Below the pieces are notes generated by a model. The model worked only from the letters and a program-made list of their open reading frames with translations, was not told the origin of the DNA and ran no database searches. Both the position numbers and the translations under genes were made by a program. 43,257 bases of DNA from Octopus bimaculoides (taxonomy: Eukaryota), in contig NC_068981.1 in assembly GCF_001194135.2 (NCBI RefSeq), positions 70,923,059 to 70,966,315 of the forward strand. Reading direction: 5' to 3'. Each line of letters starts with the position of its first letter. Position 1 is the stretch's first letter. Below, one piece after another: positions 1 through 11,814 of this stretch.

Positions 1-439
1 CATATATATATATGTATATATACATATTATATGTATATGTTTATGTGTGTGTATGTGTGTGTTATGTGGCATACATATTTAGAAAAGGCCCTTTTTTCTA
101 TGCTTATATCCGTTATAAATAATATGGAAATTTCTAATTAATATAATAATTAGTTGCGCCCTATCTACTGAACAATTTATAAAAGACATTATGGATTTTA
201 TTCACCCCAATGAGTGTTTTGCCTCTTAAAAAAGCTTCCATGAGGAATAATTAGGAGAGTGGTGTGCACAGAGAAAGACGAGAATGTGTCAAATAGTTTG
301 ACTTACAAATAAGAATGACTTCCATGTAATATAAGATCATTCAAATATTAACGCTAAAGTATTGAACTTAGTAATGATGTAAGATATATAAGCATAGGTG
401 TGTCTTTATCTTTGTTACACATTGTGTATTACCAGCTAA

Positions 440-824
440 GTGGAGGCGCAATGGCCCAGTGGTTAGGGCAGCGGAATCGCAGTCATAGGATCGCGGTTTC
501 GATTCCCAGACCGGGTTGTGAGTGTTTATTGAGCGAAAACACCTAAAGCTCCACGAGGCTCCGGCAGGGGATGGTGGCAAACCCTGCTGTACTCTTCCAC
601 CACAACTTTCTCTCACTCTTACTTTCTGTTACTGTTGTGCATGTATTTCAAAGGGTCAGCCTTGTCACACTGTGTCATGCTGAATATCCCCGAGAACTAC
701 GTTAAGGGTACACGTGTTTGTGGAGTGCTCAGCCACTTGCACGTTAATTTCACGAGCAGGCTGTTCCGTTGATCGGATCAACTGGAACCCTCGACGTCGT
801 AAGCGACGGAGTGCCAACAACAAC
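440..824 (+). mobile_element. Full-length tRNA-derived SINE, family A (Octopus OK/OR-like)
   Basis: Pol III A box TGGCCCAGTGG (452-462), B box GGTTTCGATTCCC (495-507), (CAA)n tail, 12-bp TSD ATTACCAGCTAA (428-439) / ATTATCAGCTAA (825-836). Four more copies in the window. Confidence 0.95.
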
Positions 825-902
825 ATTATCAGCTAAATTTAGAAATAAAATTATATTGTTCATAAATTTAATAAGTAGAATATTTCTTGTGACGTTTAAT
901 TC

Positions 903-912
903 NNNNNNNNNN
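903..912. other. Assembly gap (10 N)
   Basis: Run of N. Confidence 1.
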
Positions 913-995
913 ATAACAGAAGTTTGAAGATAGGTTAGAGAACTACGTTTCTAAGCAGCTTTTCTTCTAAATTCTAATATTTTTACATTGGAATA

Positions 996-1205
996 AGGCG
1001 GCGAGATGGCAGAATCGTTAGCACGATGTGCACAATGCTTACCGACATTTCTTCTGTCTTTATGTTCTGAGTTCAAACCCCACCGATGTCGACTTTACCT
1101 TTTGAATCTTTTTGGGGTTCGTTAAAATTAGTATCAATTGAACACTGGAGTCGATGTAACCGATTTGACCTACTCCTTCGAAATTGCCGGCCTTCTGCCA
1201 AAATA
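996..1205 (+). mobile_element. SINE family B (tRNA-like head plus Meta-like central domain), diverged
   Basis: GGCGGCGAG.TGGCAGAATCGTTAGC head, GTTCAAA B-box-like motif, GTCGACTTT.CCTTT...GTCGAT core; aligns with 4470-4680, 17168-17374 and 20281-20482. Confidence 0.85.
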
Positions 1206-3629
1206 TGTGTGTGTGTGTGTGTGTGTGTGTATTTGTCATAAACATCTTTATTTCAGCGCAAAAGTTTAGATATTATAAAGGGAAATCTGCAGCAATATAC
1301 ATAATATCGATAATACCTTTCTTGTAGACAGTTATATCACAGAAGATTAGTTTAAATATCGAATCCCATTGAAAGTTATCTGGGTTTCTATTCTTCTATT
1401 CTCTAATTACAATGCTAACCGTTAAAAAGGATTAAAGAAATTCCTCACAGCTACGATCATTATATTACTAGCACAATAATCACGAAATGGGTGGCAAATT
1501 GCGGTGCAATTGGCACGTACATGTGGTTGACCGTTGATTTTTGATATCTACAATTTCGATTGATTTTGTTCAAATGAACTTGTATAATGTCATAGTGCAA
1601 GTAATGAAAGACAATTTCCATTTCAGCGATGTAAAATAAATCAGTTGTATATTGAACTTTGATATCTTTCATAACAAATAACCAGTGGCGATAGTAGTTC
1701 AATCATTATGGAAAATTATTTCGAAGTATCAGTACATCCTCTTCAGAACTTACTTTATCTGTTGGATAAGAGATAATTTCTGAAAGTGTCAATAATATGC
1801 TTTAGGGCGAATATCTAGCCTTCTCAGAGCAATTTACTTTTATAAATCTTACTACAATATTTAGAAGCATTATTCAACCATTTGAGAAAAGTGGAATTTG
1901 CATAAATGAAGCGCATTAATACACAGTAGCGTAGCGTGGCGTGTGCAGAGATTACACAGGGCGGCCAGTTTGGATAAAAGAGAGAGAGAGAGAGAGCAAT
2001 GTGGCTGTCACACAGGGCGACCAAAGCCCACGATACACCACTTTCAATATATAGCTGTTAAAATGAGAAAGAATATGATGTTTACTACTGTTGCGAGAAA
2101 ATTCGAAATAATATTTATCACGTATAAATGTCACTGTGATATTACATCTATTAATATTTAAAGTCGATATAAAATATCTACGGATTGTAAATATACTGCG
2201 ATAAGACTATCTCTTTGAATGCTCACAAGATTCTAGAATGTGAATTCTGTTGAGTTCATGTTGTCTAATTCAATCAATATATTCAAACTGCACCTGTTAT
2301 TCTGTGATCTCTGCTCTTCGAGAATCAATAGTGTAAGAGTGTCGTCGCGTGTGAATAATGCTAGTTACGATTCTTTGATGATAATTAAACTTTCTCTTCT
2401 GTTATGTTTTCTTAATATTACCGCCTAGCATTTCTGGGTATGATCATTTTAATTACTATCGAAATTGGTATTATTCATCTAGTTTATTCAATAGAAAGTT
2501 TTCAGAACGTAGTTCAGTATTTCACACATCGCAGTTCAAATGTTGACTGGGTAAACCTTGACTTCCTTTCAAACACTTGATAATATCTGATGGAGCATAA
2601 CAATGTACAAATGTATATGTCCTACATCCTGATGACGTTATACATAGCCTCATGATATGTTTTCACATATTTTCTACGAGAAGAATTTTGTCTTAACACT
2701 ATTCCGTTAGTGAGGTGTGTTCCCACGCCCGAGTGTACGCAAGTAAGATATGAATGTACACACCTATATTTCATATATAGTTGCTTCGTGTGCATCAAGT
2801 ATATTTAATTCCATCTTGGTCAAGCTTTACTCAACAAACACATCCTTTGCTGTTTTAATTTATGAGAACGACCGTTCTTAGAAGGCTCTCAACGACTTAT
2901 TTGGTGTCTATAGCTGATGAAGCTTAACGATACAGAAACACCTGACGGCCACTGGCATCATTCATAGCCCAGTGGGGTGTTTTTACATATTGTTTGTCAG
3001 GAGCATTTTTCCAAGATTATTCCACATCGAAAGGTCTTCCACATTTGAGTGTACACGAACGTGTTAAATGTTATTGTACACGCATAAATTTCGTTCAATA
3101 TTGCTTCGTGCGCGTATAGTTAATATAGTTATTATCAATATTACTTTAAATATTATTCCAATAAGAAGGAAATGTTCTGACACTGAGTTAAATGCCTATA
3201 CTACTTACTTAATTACATTCCAAGTTCAAGTTCTCTCCGGATCAGTTTTACTATTCATCCCTACTAGAGTAACAGACTTGTAGCGTAGCTGATTCCATTA
3301 TAAATAGAATTAAAGCCGTCCCATGAACAAAGTGTGTCTTGTGACCATTTACGAACCCAATCTTCCTGACATTTTAGTATACAGGGAGAAGTTTCGGTTA
3401 TAGGAGGATGTTAAGCCATCAAGATGACAAACACTCGTATTCTAAGAATTTCCTGCCCTATTTATTCTTCACTTCATCTGCTACGATATAAGGGATATTA
3501 ACACACATCTCCAAGGCTGAGCGGCCGATAATTATTCATTATTTAGATTTACGTTATGATGATGGTTTTGTAATGAAGCATGAGTTCAGCTTTGATCGAG
3601 CAATGGCAACTGGGTAGCCGTAATTTTAT

Positions 3630-3734
3630 GAAGAAGAAGAAGAAGAAGAAGAAGAAGAAGAAGAAGAAGAAGAAGAAGAAGAAGAAGAAGAAGAAGAAGA
3701 AGAAGAAGAAGAAGAAGAAGAAGAAGAAGAAGAA
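3630..3734 (+). repeat. (GAA)35 microsatellite
   Basis: Perfect trinucleotide run. Confidence 0.99.
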
Positions 3735-4469
3735 TTACTTAAATAATAGGTCACATTAATATGTCAATATATATGGTACAAGGCTTTTTAGAAAGTTGAT
3801 TAGTGATATCTAATATTATCCGTTGTAGATAAGTGTGTGTATGTGTATTTTTACATACATTACTTTAAATTATTTCGCAGCCACGAGATAACTCTGTATA
3901 TGTTTGGGTATATTACAATTTCATCACCAAAGCATTGATTTCATAAATTGTGATTCTATTTATTGGACTGTTGTACAGAATAAATCATAATTTTCTTTTG
4001 CCTTTTATGACAGAATACCCAAAGGTGATTAACTACAAAGATAAAGTAGGTTCTAGACGAGTTGATCTAACTCACGGTTTCGATTTTTGTAGATAACCTT
4101 TTCATTTCACCCCTGTCGCCTGCAAAAAAATAATATGAACTTCAAACAAAACTCAGTTATCTCGTCTAAAATTATATATGGAAGTGGGTAGTAGATTTAA
4201 CCCCTTTGTTACCTTTATTTCTGCTGAAATACACAGCCTTGCTCCAATTAATTCTGAAATATAATGACGAATTTCGTCGAATAATTTTGTCATCATTAAG
4301 CTGGTATTTGCAGCATGAATTTAAAGAAATTGTGGCGGAATGTTTTCATTTAGATCACTTAAGACAAGAACTTTGTATAGTGGTTTCGGGTGGTTTGGAA
4401 CCAAAGAGTTGTTGGGAACAATTATAGTGTAACACTGCATGACGTCATATTATATTTTGAGTATAAATT

Positions 4470-4680
4470 AAGGCAGCGAACTGGCAGAATAGTTAGCACG
4501 CCGGGCAAAATGCTTAGCGATATTTCGTCCCTCTTTACGTTCTGAATTCAAATTCTCCTGAGGTCGACTTTGCCTTTTATCCTTTCCGGGTCAATAAAAT
4601 AAGTACCAGTTGAACACTGGGGTCGAAGTAATCGACTCATCCCCTACCTCGAACTTACTGGCCTTATGCCCAAATTTGAA
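4470..4680 (+). mobile_element. SINE family B, full length
   Basis: Same family as 996-1205; 18-bp TSD TATATTTTGAGTATAAAT (4451-4468) / TATGTTTTGAGTGTAAAT (4684-4701). Confidence 0.92.
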
Positions 4681-4808
4681 ATATATGTTTTGAGTGTAAA
4701 TGTCTACCAGGTCAGCCTTGTTCTTCAAACCTTCACCGTCAGGTACATAATTTCAGATCATCTGAAAATGCTGAAGCTACAGCAGCTGAGATCCAACGTC
4801 AACCTCTG

Positions 4809-4811
<3 letters not shown>

Positions 4812-4843
<32 letters not shown>
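4812..4843 (+). repeat. poly(A)32
   Basis: Homopolymer run. Confidence 0.95.
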
Positions 4844-4844
<1 letters not shown>

Positions 4845-4899
4845 AGTAAGCACAGGTAAATCGAAGAAAGTATTTAGTATGAGGTCCATGGCAAAAGAT

Positions 4900-5500
4900 C
4901 AGGAAGAAAGGAAGAAAAGAAATGTTGTGATTAGTAAGGAAATACTAGAAAATATTGGTAGTTCAGATGATCAGAAACGTTAGAAGAAAGATCGGATCTG
5001 AAGGCCAGTTGTTGTTTACTGCTGAATGGATATTTCCTAGTCTTTTTGGTTAGTGAATTCTACGTCCTTTCCAACGGTGTTTTCTCAGATATATGAGCAG
5101 TATTGTTGAGGATCGATATGTGTCCAACTATTGCCTTATTTTGACGTAAATACCCTAAATTCTGGAAGCAATTTTCTTTGGTGAAAGAATATCAGGGATT
5201 CTGTTGCATGGCGTTTCTTTTAGCATAGTGAAGACCTTCAGTTGCGCTCTTTATGATGAGTACAGAAATATGGTGTAGTATGATTATTTTGTAGATGAGT
5301 GTACTAATAATATTTTTGGTTTTGATGAATGTGACTAAATTGACGTGTCGCCTTTGGAAGAAGTTTGTGAGGTCTTTTTCACATAGTAACTGAAAATCTG
5401 TCGTGCCGTGTGTGAATTGGTTCTATAATAACACAATGCGTTCAAGGTCAAGAAAGGTATCATCTTTGTGGTAGGAGTGAGGTTTTACTAAATTGAATAT
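4900..5500 (-). mobile_element. Highly decayed Penelope-like RT C-terminal (thumb) fragment
   Basis: Minus-strand frameshifted peptides IQFS...(IP)FLDL...FSYYVKKT...KNIISTLIYK resemble the PLE pattern I.FT.E...IPFLDV...T.VYRK.T...K.NLI.TL.YRA; judged by eye only. Confidence 0.4.
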
Positions 5501-5518
5501 CATAAATGTCTATTATTA

Positions 5519-5829
5519 GCCGGCACTCCGTCGGTTACTATTCGAGTTGATCCGATCAACGGAACAGCCTGCACCTGAAATTAACGTGCAAGTGGTTGAA
5601 CGCTTCACAGACACATGTACCCTTAATGTAGTCCCCAGAGAGATTCAGCGTAACACAGAGTGTAACAAGGCAGGCCCTTTGATATACAAGTGTTACTCAT
5701 GTTTGCCACCTGAATGGACTGGAGCGACGTGAAATAAAGTGTTTTTGTTCAAGGACACAACGCATCGCCGGGAATTAAACTTACGACCATTCGATCGTGA
5801 AACGAATACCCTAACCACGCGTCTTGTCT
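5519..5829 (-). mobile_element. SINE family C: tRNA head plus CORE-like domain plus family-A 3' module
   Basis: Minus strand has GTGGTTAGGG A-box remnant and CORE-like GTTGTGTCCTTGAACAAAAACACTT; the 3' ~190 bp aligns with the family A tail (..CGACGGAGTGCC). Confidence 0.85.
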
Positions 5830-5839
5830 AATGTCTATT

Positions 5840-6224
5840 ACTTTTGGCACTCCGTCGGTTACGACGATGAGGGTTCCAGTTGATTCGATCAACGAAACAG
5901 CCTGCTCGTGAAATTAACGTGCAAGTGGCTGAGCACTCCACAGACACATGTACCCTTAACGTAGTTCTCGGGGAGTTTCAGCGTGACTCAGAGTGTGACA
6001 AGGCTGGCCCTTTGAAATACAGGTACAACAGAAACAGGAAGAAAGAATGAGAGAAATTTGTGGTGAAAGAGTACAGCAGGGTTCGCCCCCATCCCCTGCC
6101 GGAGCCTCGTGGAACTTAGGTGTTTTCGCTCAATAAACACTCACAACGCTCGGTCTGGGAATCGAAACCGCGATCCTATGACAGCGAGTCCGCTGCCCTA
6201 ACCACTGGACCATTGCGCCTCCAC
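5840..6224 (-). mobile_element. SINE family A, full length
   Basis: Reverse-complement match to 440-824; TSD AATGTCTATT at 5830-5839 and 6225-6234. Confidence 0.95.
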
Positions 6225-8475
6225 AATGTCTATTGTTATAACAGTGAAAAGCATAAGTTACCGCGGATTTAAAACAAAATGTGCCGAGAAAAAACCGTAG
6301 ATGCACAAGACTATGTAAAAGTGTAACCACAAACAAACTTCGGTTCCAAGGGATAAGAGTTGAGTAGAAGATGTAGATGGGTCACTCGGTGGAATATTAT
6401 ACCAAACCTCGTTGATAGCTTTGTTCTACTGCTGCTGAAGTTGTTGCTTACCCCAGGTCAGTCCTAATCTAGAAGTATGGCACTTATGAAACTCAGCAAA
6501 TAACGAGGTGGGATCCACAAAACCGTTATCGAAGACTCTATTGACATCAGGACAACAATACTGTTTCGGTTATGTTCCTAAGAGGTATAGATGATAGTTT
6601 GATGACGTAATACATCAAGTCACCGCTATATCTAATTCTGTGGAAACTGCACTGATAGTTACTGAGTAGATAAAATTCTGATGATTTGTTATCAGACTTC
6701 AACAATTCTCATTGTTTATGTTCTCTTGTTCGATTTTTCGTTTGCCCTATTTTTTCGGTGAACATTTATTTTAAAACTAATATAGACCTCTCATATATTT
6801 GCAGTATATTGTTAAGTATACATGGAATTAAAGAAAATACCGAATAAATCATATAAAATTCCAGAAAATTTTGACTTTGATAATGTAACTATATACAACA
6901 TCGATTTTCCGGATTACTGATCTTTTCGAAACAGGGTTGCTTACATGATCAACGCACTCTAAATTAAATATTAAATCTACTTAATTAAATGAAGTACAGC
7001 TACCTGTATATCAGTATGTATAATACAAGTTAATGGATACTGTACTGTGCAAGGTATCAGAAAACGTGTCTGATGATCATTGGACTTTGAAGTTCCAGCT
7101 CATGAATTAGTTCGGATTATAAGAGGTTCCGAACCATTAGCGTCCCGAAATCGCTGCTGTACCTGTACTTACATACTTAACTTTATATCGAAGCGTTGTT
7201 AACATTTTAGCAATAGGAATGAGTTGGTAGCTCAAAATCTACCACTTCGGTCGTTTTGGCAACAATATGATGTATACATCGAAGTGGGATTTTGAATAAA
7301 CTGACTGAATGGATTAACCAATGCTCAGCTGCGTATTAATACATGATGCTTTATGTAACAGTACCGTGTTCTCGACTGAATACGATGTTAGAGATTTGGA
7401 TCGAGCGGTAGAAGAATGTTTCATTTTAATCATCAGCACTGCCATGTGTATAGAGCCATAATGTCACAGCACTGAACTACGAAAAACTAAAGCGTTTATG
7501 TTGTTGCTTGGTTTATCGAATTCCGTTATCTTATAGGAAAGCAAAGTCGCTGTGTATAAAGTAATATCATGGGTATTTGCTTTTTTTACTTTTTCTTCTG
7601 TTGTCGTCGTCGACATCGTTGTTGTTATTTTTATTTTTGTTGTTGTTGTTGTTGTATCAAGTTATCAGTTATCACAAATTGTCTTCTTTCTTGGTAAGCA
7701 ATTTTAGTTTATTTTGCCGATGGCAGCTGACTAAAAAGTAAGATGGCAGTTAGAGCGTCTACAAATGAGTAGCCATAAGGCGCTGATATAGGCTAATCAT
7801 TACCAGACAAAAGTACACTACTGCTCTATATTGCATTACACTAAACCATACTCTATTCTACGTCACAATTCAGTGCCTCATATTCAATAAAGTTATTTAC
7901 AGCAACAACAACAGTGGCAGCATCAAGAAAAACCTGAAAAACTTTCCCGCAAAAAAAAACTGTCTGTGTTGCATATAGCACAAACTATGGAGAGCTAGAG
8001 ATAAAGAAGTATTGATTTTTCCCATTGGCAAAAACAGAACAAAGCACCAAAACTTGTATAAGAGATATATTCGATTGAATTGTCTCCAGAACATACTTTA
8101 TACTTAGACTATTAACTACGGTAGAATAAAATACAAAGTTGACCTCTGCGGGTTTTGAAATGTGATTGTACAGGGATGAGACTAAGTAGAGAAACATCGA
8201 AATTTATTTTAACAAGTGCCCTGCCAATTAAAGTCATTCCATCGTCTTGTAGACGAAAATTAAGATAGGTTTCTAAACATTGGCATAAGCCATAAATTTA
8301 AAGTGGGAGTTAATCAAATATTTGACTAATACTAAATTATCAATGGAAAGTAAACTTAAATTATCGATGAAAGGCAAATTTATGTACAAGAACGAAACTA
8401 AAAGCGGTGCTACATAGTCTCTAACAGTCTACTACTTGATAGTTAAAATTATTATATCTATTCACTTAGTGAATA

Positions 8476-8590
8476 GCAGAATCGGTAGAGCATCGGATAC
8501 AGTTCTTTACGTTCTGAAGCCAAATCACACGGGATTGATTTTTAATTTTATACTTCAGTTATTGATAAAACAAACACCAGCTAAATAACT
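8476..8590 (+). mobile_element. Degenerate family-B-like SINE fragment
   Basis: GCAGAATCGGTAGAGC..CTTTACGTTCTGA..CAAATC..GATAAAA..ACCAG matches the family B order. Confidence 0.5.
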
Positions 8591-8831
8591 ATGTCCTTTC
8601 CAAATATTTATGGCTTCGTCCATTGAACAAATTTTAGAAATCGATATTATATATTTTGATATATGTTTCAATTTGATATACAATGTTAATTTATTTTGAC
8701 TAGACACACAAGTTCAAGCGTTGGCGGAAAGATGTCAAATTATATCACCACTATCTCAAAAAGGAAATAGTAAATAATTGTCATAAAAGCATTGGATAAT
8801 GCTGTCATAAAGAAAACAAAAATTAACTACG

Positions 8832-9068
8832 GTCTTCAGTTCCAGGACTCATAGAGCCGGTTACCTAGTTTCCATGGCGAATAAGTGACAACGGTCACAA
8901 TATTCACTCTAAACGAGGCACCAGTCCATGGCAAGCTTACTAATTCAGAGTTGATTGGACAGAACCAACGTGAAATTAAGTGTTTTGCTAAAGAGCACAA
9001 CGCACCATCCGGACTTGGAAATGAAGCGCATGCTATTGCGGTGATGAGTGCAACACCCTAACCACTAG
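8832..9068 (-). mobile_element. Degenerate CORE-type SINE (family D; head like family C, different tail)
   Basis: AACGTGAAATTAAGTGTTTTGCTAAAGAGCACAACGC...CCCTAACCAC aligns with 5727-5818; the 3' part does not match the family A/C tail. Confidence 0.7.
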
Positions 9069-9285
9069 TTCATACATGCTCTTAAATAGCTGAAAAAGAG
9101 GCTTGACATAGAGGTTAAACAACAATAACAATCACGACCGCGACGACTCTGAATGAAAAAAAATTGAATTCTACGCAAAGAGGATACCATGATTAACCAG
9201 ACCATATATCTGAGAAATGTCGACTGTATTAAGGAAATTATAACGATGACAAGGTGGCGGGGCAAAGAGTAAGATAATGATACTA

Positions 9286-9420
9286 AAACTGATGATGATG
9301 AGGAGGAGGAGGAGGAGGACGACGACGACGACGAAGACGAGGACGGTAAGATGAAAAATAAATATAATTTCTGGCAACATCGTCATCACCTCGTCATCAT
9401 CATCATCGTCATCATAAACG
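9286..9420 (+). repeat. Compound (GAT)(GAG)(GAC) and (CAT) trinucleotide repeats
   Basis: Visible runs; explain the low-complexity ORFs here. Confidence 0.9.
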
Positions 9421-10012
9421 ACATGAAACAGTTGGCGTCGTGATACATATTGTGTATCGTATTTCAATATTCTGCACTCAAATTCTACTAGCTTGAACTC
9501 CACCTTTCATCTTTCTTGAATCAATGAAATAAGAATCAATAACATGCTTGTGTCGATTCAATTGAATAAATATTTCCATAATAACAATTGGCATTGTGCA
9601 TTTATGATATGTCCTTATTACCGCAAGCTTCAATACGACTAGTATTCACCTACAGTTTCACAAGCGCTAAGTGAAAAACAAACAAATTTCCAACCGGAAT
9701 AAATCACTCATTTATCACAGGTAACATTCGGAGATATTTTCGGAAAGTAAATGTTTGTACATCAAGGAAAGAAATGAATTCAACTTAGGGGCTAAGTTTT
9801 ACTAAAGATCACACAACAAGCATATCTGAAAGAACCCAGGCTTAGTTTCCAGCACATAGAACAGATGTGGTCTAAATAATAGAGTTAGTTAAATGGAAAG
9901 TAAATAGGACTATTATAAGTAATGAACGGTGCATTTAGTTGAAAAGAAGAGAGTAGAAGTGCATAGTATAAGCAATAGAAAATATTAGATTGGATAAGCA
10001 ATATATATTATA

Positions 10013-10826
10013 AACCGTGGAGGCTTTCCCATACCTTGAAAGCTACCTGTCCAGCAATTGCAACATTCAGAGAGGCATCGCATCGAGAATAGGATCAGCA
10101 CAGCCGATTTTGCTTTCGGAAGACTCTCATAACGAGACTTCCTAAATCACGACCCCACCATCCAAAGGAAAATCATGGGATCCAAGACGTCGGCCTTTCC
10201 ACACTTCTCTACGGCTGCAAGATGTGGGTGGGCTTTCTATCGACGAGACTTGAAGAAAATTGAACGTTTCTAACAGCACAAACTTCATGAACTCATGAGG
10301 ATTCGATGGAAGAACTATACTACCAAAGAAGAGATTCGTTTCGGACTGAAATACCCAGTACTGAAGCCACCATGACACAGTACCGACTCCGCTGGTCAGG
10401 ACACTTCATATCTATGCTTCAAATGCGCCTCTTCTGTCAACTCTTCTTCACAGAATTGGCCTCAGGCACTAGACCACGAGGAGCTCCCAAATTCCATTTC
10501 CGAGTCAAGCACAAGGGTATTCTCCTCTGCTGCTACATTGACCCAAATACCAGGGAGGTAATTGCCATAGATCGCTGAATGTGTCGGCATGTCATTGTCG
10601 AGGGAACAGACCTGACGGAAAATAACACACGTCAAGAGGCAGGAATCAGACGTCGAAGAGGCAAAGAGATATTCGCTCTGTCTCATCCCCTACCAACTTT
10701 CCTCTGCAATAAATGTTGCCGTCTCTTTATGCCGCCTTTAGCCTAAAAAGTCACCTCAGGCGTGCACACCCCTCGCGCCTATCAGGATGAAGATGCTCAT
10801 TCACACTCGCCAACGCCGACAACGAT
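10013..10826 (+). mobile_element. RTE-clade LINE, 3' fragment (RT C-terminus), many stops and frameshifts
   Basis: TVEAFPYLESYLS..; TLLYGCKMW; IPSTEATMTQYRLRWSGHFISM..QLFFTELASGTRPRGAPK; terminal C2H2-like CNKCCR..LKSH; short CAAC-repeat end next to (TA)n. Confidence 0.9.
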
Positions 10827-11178
10827 ATATATATATGTGTGTGTGTGTGTGTCTGTGTATATATATATATATTCGAAACGCCAGTCTTTTAATGGTGGCA
10901 GCTGATGAAGGATATGTTCTCTATGTAGCCTGCTTGTTTTTTGTACCTTGTTTATCATTTTGTCTATATTTCTTTGCAACGTCATGTACCCAGATATGTA
11001 TCTATATGTACATGTAGATGAAGGTATGTACATACATGTACATATATATGATTATACTCATATATTGTTTATATATATATATATATATACATGTATATGT
11101 AAATGTATATGTAAATGTATACATGTATATATATAGGTATGTATGTATGTATATATGTATATGTATGTATATATATAC
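10826..11178 (+). repeat. (TA)/(TG)/(TATG) low-complexity block with an embedded ~180-bp repeat tail (10871-11050)
   Basis: Visible microsatellites. Confidence 0.9.
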
Positions 11179-11486
11179 AAGGAAAATAAGACAAGGTAGA
11201 AAATGCTAAAATAATTTTATCATGAAGAACATTTTTGTACCGGTTTCATTCTTTGCGACTTTTTCAACTTAGAGTAGAGTATGAAAAACAATTAAATTGT
11301 GGAAAAATTTAAAGAAATATTTTTTTTAAATATTTCCATTGTTTTCAGATGCAAGGGACATTTTTCTTTTTTCCAGTCTGTCTCTGTCTCTCTTTTTTAC
11401 TCTTGTGGAATCTAGGTAGTTAGCAGCAGCTAGTTTGATATGAATTCTTGTCTTTGGCTGTTTAAGCAGCAGTAGTAGTAGAGAAA

Positions 11487-11615
11487 GAAGAAGAAGAAGA
11501 AGAAGAAGAAGAAGAAGAAGAAGAAGAAGAAGAAGAAGAAGAAGAAGAAGAAGAAGAAGAAGAAGAAGAAGAAGAAGAAGAAGAAGAAGAAGAAGAAGAA
11601 GAAGAAGAAGAAGAA
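11487..11615 (+). repeat. (GAA)43 microsatellite
   Basis: Perfect run; source of the poly-L and poly-F ORFs. Confidence 0.99.
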
Positions 11616-11814
11616 AGCGGGAGTAGTATGACAGTAGTAAGATGTAGGTGGAATCCTCATAAATGGTCAAATGACCTAAAAGTGACTTATTGTGGTTGGA
11701 ATAGTAGTGAATGGAATTGTTCTGAATAAATTTATGTGAAGTGATTGCTTTGAATATATCGTTTTTAATATTTGCGTGTGTGTTATTCTAAGACTCTGGT
11801 GATAGTGTCATTTG

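Noticed and set aside
440-512. tRNA gene
   Set aside because: A and B boxes are present, but this is the head of a multi-copy SINE with body, tail and TSD; no proper acceptor stem or poly-T terminator.
939-975. Hammerhead on the minus strand (UAGAAGA..GAAACGUA)
   Set aside because: Core C3/U4 are lost and the stem II closing pair is A-A; too degenerate to call.
2902-2946. Hammerhead (GGTGTC..CTGATGA..GAAACACC)
   Set aside because: Stem III could pair, but stem I is only 5 nt with no hairpin and stem II does not pair.
4700-4843. Processed pseudogene ending in poly(A)
   Set aside because: No ORF, no upstream AATAAA and no TSD identified.
7070-7165. Hammerhead or structured RNA (CTGATGA plus small hairpins)
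   Set aside because: Helices do not close around the core in hammerhead topology.
7411-7442. Minus-strand CUGAUGA-UUAAAAU-GAAA
   Set aside because: No stem II pairing, no stem I partner and no NUH site.
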